DNA of 63,964 nt, counting the filler, from Welwitschia mirabilis (Eukaryota): NCBI GenBank assembly GCA_051453625.1. It is 4 parts of one record of this genome, joined end to end, with 100 filler letters (N's around TTAATTAATTAA, not from the genome) between each part and the next. Parts side by side here need not be neighbours in the genome. Positions count along the whole stretch, not along the records: positions 23,394 to 51,067 come from JBOZIK010000001.1; 3 more parts are not named here. One strand, 5' to 3'. Shown here piece by piece: positions 40,595 to 51,167 of this stretch. Position 1 is the first letter of the stretch; each line of letters starts with the position of its first letter. The translations under genes were made by a program, and so were the position numbers. The notes beneath the pieces were generated by a model that was not told the origin of the DNA, did no database searches, and saw only the letters and a list, made by a program, of their open reading frames with translations.

Positions 40595-41861
40595 TGTTGT
40601 AATGCATATTTATGAAAATGTTACATTCTTAAACAAATCCTACAAATCACAAATATATAGATTTTGCATAATACAAAATACTAATATAGATGGGAGTGAC
40701 CCAAATGTCATAATCTCATCAAAGGCATAAGCGATAAGAAATAGAATTGATTTTGAAAAGAAAACACTATGTAACCTTAAAATAGAACAAAATAACAATA
40801 TAAAATAACAATGAAAATGAACATACTATGCAAATGAAATACAAACCTTATTCTAAATGCAACTTCTATTTGATTACCAAATCAACCTATCATAGAGATC
40901 AGCCCTATATAATCTAGATCAATTAAGAAATGTTATCACCAAATCAAAATCAACCTAAGCTATAAAGTACATTAAATAGAATATGAAAACTATGAAACAT
41001 TAATCTAGGAAAGAAAATCCAATGCACTTAAACTAATAATGTCAAATTTAATAAAGATTATTCTTATAATATATATTACTAAATAAGCTATTATAGAATT
41101 AAAAGGAAAACTAAAACATAAGGAACATGCACAAAATAAAAAATATAAAAGAAGAATAGAGTTTTGATTAGAATTGAATCAAAATTCATGTTACAAAATA
41201 ACAACACATTAATGAAGAATGCATAGCCCAATACTAAGGAAGATGTATCTCTACAATAATAATGGATGGTTTTCTAGCCCTTTAATTTCCTATCACAAGA
41301 ATTTTTGATGCAAACAAAGACAAGACAGAGTCAAGGATGGAGGAGGTATTTATTTGTAAAATAGACTTTACAAATAGATAAGACTAATAGGTGTAGGTAC
41401 AACTATAATAACTACACAAGAAAGTAAGAGATAAATGACCAAAGTTTGGTGAAGTTTAGTGAAGCATCTATTTTAGGTATTATCTTACTTGTCATCTAGA
41501 TAATATAGTAGATGATGCCACCTTATAAAAGTTCCACATTAGTTGCTAGAATGATTCTAGTTGGTATCCTTCTTTGCTTAAGTATTTTTTCATCTATACA
41601 GTCATCTAAATGATGAGGTAAATAATAGCTTTTATACAATTCTTCATGTATTGCATTAATCTAATTATTTACAAGGTTTTTACTTTATATAAGAAATAAT
41701 ATAAATTACTTCAAATGTTATAAAATGTAATAAAGATTACATGTTTTTATATCATTTGTATTAGCTTTACATTATCATTAAAATTTAGCATAAACCTATC
41801 TAATGTCCTATAAAACTACTAAAAATACCCTATCAAATACATACAAGTTGGCAGTGTAATA
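40595..41861 (-). repeat. 5' LTR of Athila-like copy B
   Basis: Minus-strand termini tattacactgcc...gcattacaaca; adjacent PBS. Confidence 0.85.
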
Positions 41862-44800
41862 GTTTATCAACTAAAAACTAAAAAATGTAGTGAGGACGAG
41901 GTTAAATATTGATTCTTGAGTATGGTTTGATGCTTGAATATGGTTTTACCAAGGACTCATGCTGCTAATAGATTCTAGTCCACTGTGAAACTTATATTCT
42001 TTCTTATTTTTTTGATATTAAAACAAAAACCAAAAACACTTTAAAGCATGTAGAAAATAGCCATTATATCTCTTCCATAAAGGACGAATTGATTCCAATG
42101 CTAATGTTAATAAATCCTTGAGGATGAAAAAGAATTACAAATAGCAAATCTTGAAGGTGAAGTAGCACTCACAGTGATACATCTATATCTCTTTGATGGA
42201 TGTCACATGGGACTAAATCAATAACATAGTACAAGAACATCATACCATTCATTCTTATGAACTATAAGAAAATCAAATATAGTTATAATCCCTGTTAGTA
42301 ATGTCTCTCTAGCCTGCATATGCACATCTAGGATGCCAGTTCTATCCCACTTATCAAAGGGAAAACTACCTTTAAAACCTTCTCGTTGCATTATATTTCT
42401 TTCATGAATCATAACTACAACAAATTTATAACTTCTTGACTAAAAATTCATTCATTCTTTGATTATGTAAAAAATGAGTAAAATTTATCAAAAATAGGCC
42501 TTATAATTCATAGATGGCAATTTTGAACCTCTTGTAATCAAAGGAGTATTTAATTTTATTTACAAATCCTAGCTGTGATATTTATTGAAACCCATTTCCT
42601 TCAAATAGAATCTTATCATAAAACTTAATATTTACTTTTCATTAGTAAACTCATGCTCTAAAAATCTGATCATAGAGCCATTCCTATAAAATATTAATTA
42701 CATAAAATTTAAAAAAAGGATATTTACTTTCTTAAACAAAGAAAAAGAGGAATCAAAATCCTAAGAATGAATAATCCACACTATAAAAGCAAACATAAAT
42801 CATGTTTATAATAAGCAAATAGGCAAGCAGAGTAATTATCTATTCTAAAGACATAAAAACAAGATAATAAAGGATTTTGGTAAATCTAAAATAAAGGGTA
42901 AGATGGAATTACAAATATTATAAAAGCTAGGCTACTAATATCATGGAAACCTTAACCTTGTAGGGAGTGGAATAGAATAATGACTGTAGTAGTATTAACC
43001 GCTTTATTATGAATATGCATACCAAAATTTAAATTACTATTATTTATTTATGCATTTATTGAATATTCAAGAACAACATATTTGTAAAGCACTTAAGCCA
43101 AGCCTTATTGAATTTTATTGAGAGTAGCTCAAAGACTAAGAATTGCTGAAATTGGATTCAATTAAACAAAACCCTAATTTCATGCAAAATAGAGGCTGCA
43201 AGTAACACAATGGAGAGGATTCTATGAAATTCAAATTGGACATATTTTATGGTATTTAACTATTATGTATGTTGGATGGGATTAACCCTAAAACTAGGTT
43301 TGGTGATGATTACATCAATGTAGTCTCAACCCTTTATTCTAGCCATGAGGTTGTCTCTTAACACTATGTTTTTCCACCATTTTACCAAAGTAATTTTAAT
43401 TTCTTTAAGGTTTTAATCTTTAATGAACTATATAACTTAGGGGAACTCTAAATGTATTTGCCTCTGAAATTTATGTATGCATTAATTATGTTTCAAGTAC
43501 AATGTATAAAGATGCTATTAGCAAGATAAAAAAGATCATCTAGATGCTAACTCATGCATTAGAAAGTGCAGGTCTAAACATTCTCTAAGGATTTTAAGGA
43601 CATGAGTTGAGTCTATAAGCTACATAATATGTAGAACAAATTGCAATATGAAACCTATTTTCATAATAGCTTGAAGGAAATTGAAAATAAATATAGCATT
43701 AGAAGATCAAGTTATACATTTTGAATTAAAAGTAAGACTCAATCTAAATTAAAGGCTGTTGTTTTAAGAATTGACTTAGCATTTCTAAATCACTTAAATC
43801 CTTTTCTTATTAAATTTTTCAAGGTATTTTTATTGTGTGGAAATGGTTTTAATTTTATTAAATCCTTTTAAATTTCTATGCTACCATTATTATGATACAA
43901 TAATTTAAATATTATTTTTATCTTTTTATAAGTCTTGTTGGACTTCTACTATAGGTGGTGACTATAGACCTTTATCTTATGATTTTTTCATATGATTGTT
44001 TATCTTGTTTTTTCTATTTCAAGAGCATTCAATTGACTTCATTTTATTTTTAAGCAGATAATTTCTATTAAATCATTTTGATTTCTTATTGCTTATAAAA
44101 ATTTATCTACTTTATTTTTCATAGCATACTAAGAGTATTTGCATTTCACATGATGTACAATCTTATTTTAGGAATTTCATCTTTCATGTAGATGACTTTA
44201 AACATGTGATGAATCAACGGAAAAGCTTATATACCATTGTTAGAAAATCTTTAAATAACCCTTTCTCTTAAGAATTTCTCATATTTTTTACTAGTTATTT
44301 ATATTGATCAATCCTTTTTTCATAATTATCATTGATGTATAAATTGTAAGCCTTACCCACATTGTAAGTATTTAAAACTAGCTAATCCTATTAGTATATG
44401 GTTAAAGCTTGTAATCTTGTTTATATGGAATATGCATGAAAAAATTTCAATCTTATGGGGCTAGACTTTTCTTACTCTCAATTAATCTAAAAGCTCTTGT
44501 ATATTTATTTGGTCTATGCTTGCATTATCTTACCCTTGTTTTACACATTATTTCCTTGACTTATTAGGCTTCAAGATGCTATATTATACATATTAACATT
44601 TGAAATGGAAAATCAATTAAATTATACAAAGAAAATTTTAAAAGAGGCATTGAAAAAAGCACACAACAAAGAAGTGCAAAGTGGAAGATAGTGACAATTT
44701 ATGAGCTTAGACTTGAAGAATTTCTACATAACATCTTTAAATGCAAGTGTCACAATTTGGAGTGAGATTGTTATATTGCAATATTTGATTTTAATTTTTT

Positions 44801-45567
44801 GGATTTAATAGTTTAAGTTTATTTTAATTTTTGTTAAAGTAAGGAGGCCATTGAGATACTTTGGTTTTTAGCCATTTGTAAGCATATCCAATTATGTTCT
44901 TAGCATTATTTATAAAATCAATTATGTAGCCTTTATCTAGCCTCACATGAAAGTAATACTAGTTTATAACACTTTCTCAAATTAACTAATCATTATAACC
45001 TTAAGAAATGGGGAAGTTTGAAAGATCATGTATAATAAAAGAGGTTTTGTAAATTTTCAATATTGATGTACATATAAAATACAACTTTTAGAGCATATGC
45101 CATGAAGTCAAAGTGAAGGGTAGAGGAAGAAGAGAATTTCTAGAGGCTTGATCATTCCAAACACAAGAGATGATCGGTATTATCATGATGATCATCATCT
45201 TAATTAGCAAGTTTTTAAACAACATTCCAACTTATTCAACAATTTATATGGCATTGAAGGAAGTTAAATTGAATTTGGTAAGTACAACAATTAGGAGAGA
45301 TAGAAAGAGAAGCTACATGAGATTATAAAATAGATATATTATAGCTCAAATTTCAAGGAAAAAAATCTCTTAAGGGGTAGAGTAATATTATGTCCAAACT
45401 TTCAAAGTTCAAAGATCTGCCCTAAAAAAATCAATAAAAATAAATTTTGTTGTTATAGGTCCACAAGCTAAATTACTTATTTTACCTATTATTATTATTA
45501 TCATCATTGAGATATAATTATATTATGCAAAATTTATTTACAAGTTTTTATTTTAAGTCTTTTCATT

Positions 45568-47486
45568 TGTAATAGCTATAATATTATCCTTATTATAAAT
45601 TCTTAGTAATTAATCATGATCTTTTATGGCTAAGGTGGTGGTTAAAGTAGTGGTCATGTTAGTGGATAAGTTAGTGGTTGCATTATGTTCCTTGTTTAAT
45701 AGCTGTACTTTTCCTTTATTTAAACATGGAAATTATATTATTGGGGTGACTCATTTTTTACATTATTTTAATAAATGCATTATTATTTATTAAGATAAAA
45801 TATTATGCACCTAGTGAACTGGCAAGGTAACGAAACCCCCACCACTTCCATCACCTATACTGCTTTCACCACCTACATCATTTCCACCACCTACATCGCT
45901 TCCATCACCTTCATTAGTTTCACCACATCCACCATCTTTGCCACCTCTTTTATGATGATTTCTCTTTGTGCTCTCAGGTCTTTTCAAATCCTCTATCCTT
46001 TGCTATACATAGGACCTTCTTCTTCTCCTATTTCACATCTTAAGAAAGCCTTCACTATTGAATCTTGGTGATTTTAACTTGGAGCTTGGAAGTCCTTGGA
46101 ACTTTGGATCTCTAGAAGTTTTCAAATCTTCATCTTAACTTTGACGAGGTTTATGGTCTTTTATTTTATTCTTACAAAGTCCTATTTATTTCCTTTCCAT
46201 TTCAAAATACTTGCGTTCTCAATGCCTTATTTAGTATCTCGCATTTCGATTGAAGCTTTTAAATTCTATCTATAAATTGAACAACATGCATTACTTAGGA
46301 TTTTTTTATCTCATTTAACTTAAGCTTTGTGATCTTTCGTTGATTTGTAATCGATATATGTTGGATTGCTAAAAGTTTTTCCTAAAGAGGAAAGGGAGTA
46401 AATGGTCCCCTCTAGTCAATAACTACTTACCAGGGTGGTAAGGTCACAGACACATGGATCCAGAGGTCCAATGTTCAAACCTTGGTAGTGGCAAGGATTA
46501 TAAATGAAATAGATTCTATAAGCTCAAGTGCCACTTGAGATTTATATGACACAAAATTACGTACTCCCTATCGAAGGGGAATATAAACGGAATAGATTCT
46601 ATAAGCCCAAGTGCCATTGGAATTTGTGTAGCATAAAATTACCTACCTGCTATCTCTTCAAAAAAAAAAAATTGTTCCCTCTAGATGTATTATAGTAAAT
46701 TTCCTTTAGAGAGTAAAGGGAGTAAATTGATCTCCTTTAGATATACACATTTGGATTATCGTAAATTATATCTAGAGAGTAAAGGAAGTACATGACCCCC
46801 CTTTAGACAAATGCAACCAGATAAATTGAAATTATTGTTTTAGATCACATCTTGCAATGCATTTTCGATTGTTGACAGTACATCTTGGTTTGTTTTGCAT
46901 TGCATTTTTGGATTGTTTTGGTTACATTTTGAGAATCCTTTCTTGTGCTCAGAATTCCCTTACCTAAACATTACCGTGGACCATCTTGAGAACTATGAAG
47001 GTTACAGTTCTCATGCCCTGCTTGCATGTACATTATCTACTACAAAGAAGGCCTTAAACTAATGCAATTTGGATTGAGAGCTATTTTCCTGCTTCTTGTT
47101 TAGATGCATGTAGTTGAAGGACCTTGGATGTCTTAAATAAATTGTATGAATTTTATAAACAAAGATTTGTACTCAGATTTACTTTCAAGAATATGTCTAT
47201 ACTTTTATAATTATTATCTCTCTCTTAAAAGATTTTGAATGTTAAATTATTTTGTAATGTGAGAGTTATATTTATGGATTGTGATTTTCTTGTACTTTAA
47301 AAATTAGTCATAGATTATTTATTTTTAACAATCTCTCAGTATTTAATGGTATAATTGCTTAATAGGCTAATGAATAATGAAGTGCTTATTAGGTATCTAA
47401 GTAATAGTTCCAAATGTGAGATTTTATTTCTAATTTTATTTATACATAATATACATATTTTTCTAAGAAATATTTAAGAAGTTACA
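45568..47486 (+). repeat. Probable Tekay/Del-type gypsy LTR
   Basis: Ends GTTACA-tt-TGGTATCAGAGC; the start at tgtaata (45568) is inferred from the TGTAAC...GTTACA convention. Confidence 0.5.
46416..46671 (+). mobile_element. Candidate tRNA-derived SINE with internal duplication
   Basis: Box A-like GGTGG (46434-46438), box B GTTCAAACC (46473-46481), A12 tail (46660-46671), 16-bp TSD aaatggtcccctctag (46400-46415) and aaattgttccctctag (46669-46684). Confidence 0.75.
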
Positions 47487-47488
47487 TT

Positions 47489-47500
47489 TGGTATCAGAGC
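47489..47500 (+). promoter_or_regulatory. Perfect tRNA-iMet PBS
   Basis: TGGTATCAGAGC. Confidence 0.9.
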
Positions 47501-47824
47501 AATGAGTTTTTTTTCCCAATGTATTAAAGATTTTAAACATCACAAATGTCATAAGTTTGTGTTTATTTCTTCCTAGGTTTTTGTCACATAAAAGATATCT
47601 TGTGAATAGTTGAGGAGATGTAAACTTGTTGTCAACATACATGAATAAATTTTAAGAATANNNNNNNNNNNNNNNNNNNNNNNNNNNNNNNNNNNNNNNN
47701 NNNNNNNNNNNNNNNNNNNNNNNNNNNNNNNNNNNNNNNNNNNNNNNNNNNNNNNNNNNNAACATTAACATTTAGATTTACTAGAATAGTAGAGATTTCT
47801 ATCATGATAGGAGAATCAGGTGAA

Positions 47825-49173
47825 TGTTTCAATGTCAATTTAAAGAAATTTGATAGTGTATTTTAAGTACTTTATAGGACATTCACACAGGTTTTGATAC
47901 AATACTGATGACTATGGAGATATGATAGGATGATCAGTAAAACATGTGATCCTTAGCATTTTTGGTAGTATATTAGACCTATTCTGATACTACATATTTG
48001 GAAGGAGGACCTTATGATGTAAAAGACTAACTTACCTTGGAGAGTGAAGAAAAGAAAGATCATCATCTCCTTTATCATCCCCATGACCGATAGGATGATG
48101 ACACTGCTAACATGGACAGAGGCTGTAGGGCTGACAGTAGCACATGGACCACATGGAGACATGTGGCATAGTGTCATCTCCTATGTTGTCCTCACAACAT
48201 GTAGGATGATGACACCAGTAACATGAGTAGAAAAGCTACGGGGCTGAGAGCATCACATGGGATACATGAAAGCAGATGGAACATGGCATTATCCCTAATT
48301 CATCCTCATGACAGTTGGCATGACAACTATTTTTACATGCTCAAAAGAAATATCATTATAAATGGGGTCAAAAAACCCATGTGGGTTGTTAGGATTTTTG
48401 TTTCTTGCCTTTAGGTTTTTCTTCTAAATCCTAAAATGAAAAACTATCAATACCCTTTCCCTCCTTTATTTCTACTCCATCTTTTATACTTAATATGCTT
48501 GTGTTGGAAAATTAAAGGATAAAAGATCCATCCAGTGGCTACAGAAAGGGGTTTTCTTGGTGTTAAACTGACTCTCTTTCATTGAGATGATATTCTTCTA
48601 TTATAAGTAGATGTAAATCTCTTTGAGTTAATATAATTACTCTTTTTGCTTTAATTCTATGAATGTCCCTTATAGTTTAAGTTGATCATAGTTAAGTGAT
48701 AGTTCTATAATTTATTTAGATCATGAGAGCAATCTATGTTAAGGTTGGCCTTGTTAATTTAGGTTTGTATTTCAATTCCATATTACATTTGCATATTTTA
48801 CTTGGTAGAAACTAGTTGAATGCTATTCTTAATTGATATAAATTATAGAAAAGATAGTCTTTGTGACAGAAAGACTAGAAGCTAGTCCTTGTGACAAAAG
48901 GATTAGGAACCAAGAGAATCTATTTCATTTCCACTTTCATTCACTTGCATTTCATATCCATTCACTTGTATTACATTTACTTGTTTACTTACTTCAATGA
49001 GTAAAATATAAAAGACTAAAAATACTAGTCTCTAACTCTGAGCCTAGTGTCTTCATTGGAATTATGACATTCGGGTTGACTTTTTTCTATACTAGCATGT
49101 GTTTTTCTACAAGTTGTTTAACTTATAGGTTGACCTAAAGGACTTCAGAACTACATAAATTTACACTACAACA
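47825..49173 (+). repeat. Athila-like 5' LTR (copy C)
   Basis: tgtttcaatg...cactacaaca; collinear with 7157-8480; followed by PBS ttttggtgccattactgagga (49174-49194). Confidence 0.85.
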
Positions 49174-49723
49174 TTTTGGTGCCATTACTGAGGAAAGCCA
49201 CAAGGATCTAAGAGGATTGTCACTAACCAAACAAGTACCTTAAATCTTCTATTTATGTTATTTATTTGAATTAGTGCTGTATTTTTTAATCTTAGATTAA
49301 AGTAAATTTAATTCTATAAACTTTATTTTTTGGAATTTTTCTTAGGGCTCTTGTCATTTTCTCTATCATCCCAACAACATAGGGCATGATAGTTTAATAT
49401 TTTAAAATTAGTTTCTATTTTTTGTAGTTTTTCTTTATTTTTCTTCATAATAAACTGTCATTTTTTCTATTGTTCCCACAACTAGAAGGATGACAATCCT
49501 AAAATTTTTCCACATTTTTGGTATTTTCTTTACTATAAAAGAAATTAACTATTATCCTTCCTATCATCCACATGATAGTATGGAAGAAAATCTACTAGAA
49601 TTTCTATAGTTTTAAATTTTTTTACTATGATCATCATCCTTTCTATTGTTCCCATGGTAAGGCAGACGATGGTCTACTATTTTTTATTTTACCTTTTTAT
49701 TAGTTGTTTGAGCATGCAAGGAT

Positions 49724-50889
49724 ATGGTGAATTCTAGTAAGAAGACAAAATATTACAGAGAACATAACCTGATTGAAGAAAACATCAGAGAAGGATTAAT
49801 CAATTTCAAGCTAACTCTAGGTACGCACACCCTAGGTATGCAAATTCTCAGAATTAAAGAAGAATATTTTTCTACTTTTATTATTTAAAAATAGATTTTG
49901 CAAAATAAAATTATAGTGTAGAAATCGATTGTATTATTTCTTCAAATATGTCAAATGTATCAAAAGAATCACAAAAATAAAAGTAAGTTACTTCATCTAA
50001 TGCCCCAATCATAATAGGAACTTCTTCTTTAAATATAAACATTACTCTTAGGGATTTAATTACTAATTAAAAACATGAAATTCAAAATCCTTTTGATTTA
50101 CCTCCTGGAGACAATGTAGAACTAAAAAATTTAAGTGCTTATCCAACTTTTTTGAGGAAACTAGAGGAAGGTCCTTTTCAACATTTAGCTGACATTGAAT
50201 AACTTGTGCTTGTCTTAGGAGATGAAAAAAATGTATCAATGATTAATCTTACATGATTATTTTTCCAATTATCCTTAGAGAAAGAGCAAAAGTTTCATTC
50301 AAAACCATCTCACATAAAAGCCTTAAATCTTAGAGTCAAGTATAAGAAGTGTTTATTAAAAGATTTTTGAGTAAGAGTTCCATGAGAAAGAAATGAAAAG
50401 AAGTAATCAACTTTCAACAAGAAACTCATGAGGATTATGCAACATCTTATGAATGTTTTATAATCGCTAGTCATTCCAACCCTATTAATAAATTTCATAA
50501 AGAATAGCTAGTAGATTATTTTTATAGTGAATTAAATGCTTCAATAAGATAACTTGTGGATTTTTCTTGTGAGGGAAACTTGTTGAATTTAATCCTAGAT
50601 GATGCATGGAGTGTGCTAGAAAATTTAGTAGAAATAAGTCAAACTTGTCCTAAACTCACTAAAGAAAATTATACTGTAGGATAAATTTTAAAAGATTTAA
50701 AAGAAGTAAATTATGACAAGGAAGAAGAAAGAAAGGATTCAATCAATCTAATAAAATATTTTACTACTACTTTTAAGAAATATACTTAAATGATGATTGG
50801 TGTAAAAGTAGTAAAGAATGAAATCCCAACTTCAAATTGTGAACTTTATGAAGATAACTCTCATCCAATAAAAGAATGTCCTTTTTTAC
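49724..50889 (+). pseudogene. Athila-like gag relic (copy C), cut off after KECPFL
   Basis: MVNSSKKTKYYREHNLIEENIREGL...EIQNPFDLPPGDNVELKNLSAYP...CELYEDNSHPIKECPFL. Confidence 0.85.
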
Positions 50890-51067
50890 TATTGCACTAC
50901 CAATTTATAGTTATTTGATGAGTTTTATGAGTTATTTTATAGGACTTTTAGATAGGTTTAGGTGAAATTCTAAGAATTTTAGAGATATAAGAAGAAATCT
51001 CAAAAAAGTGCGGTTATTATCCAAAATTAATGCATTTAAAGCACTATCTCATAAATAGAGATTTTTA
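50890..51067 (+). repeat. Start of another Athila-like LTR, directly abutting gag
   Basis: tattgcactaccaatttatagttatttgatgag...ataggactttagataggtttag matches the LTR starts at 7157, 41861(-) and 53442. Confidence 0.7.
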
Positions 51068-51111
51068 NNNNNNNNNNNNNNNNNNNNNNNNNNNNNNNNN
51101 NNNNNNNNNNN

Positions 51112-51123
51112 TTAATTAATTAA
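51112..51123. other. Artificial scaffold linker TTAATTAATTAA
   Basis: Centred in a 100-base N gap. Confidence 0.9.
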
Positions 51124-51167
51124 NNNNNNNNNNNNNNNNNNNNNNNNNNNNNNNNNNNNNNNNNNNN

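Larger units (their letters stand above)
17411..41861 (-). mobile_element. Reconstructed full-length Athila-like element (copy B), about 12.3 kb after removing two nested Sirevirus insertions
   Basis: On the minus strand: LTR 41861-40595, Asp PBS, gag, protease, RT, RNase H, integrase, non-coding region, ORF2, LTR 18673-17411. Host sequence resumes across both insertions. No TSD recognised and a scaffold linker lies inside. Confidence 0.7.

Noticed and set aside
45805..46071. Thr/Ser-rich 88-aa ORF
   Set aside because: Arises from a low-complexity caccac/catc repeat inside a probable LTR; no gene structure
46420..46490. Functional tRNA gene
   Set aside because: No convincing cloverleaf; the tail and TSD fit a SINE better
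47953..48414. Overlapping short ORFs on both strands
   Set aside because: Fall in the LTR hairpin array and are not conserved in the other LTR copies
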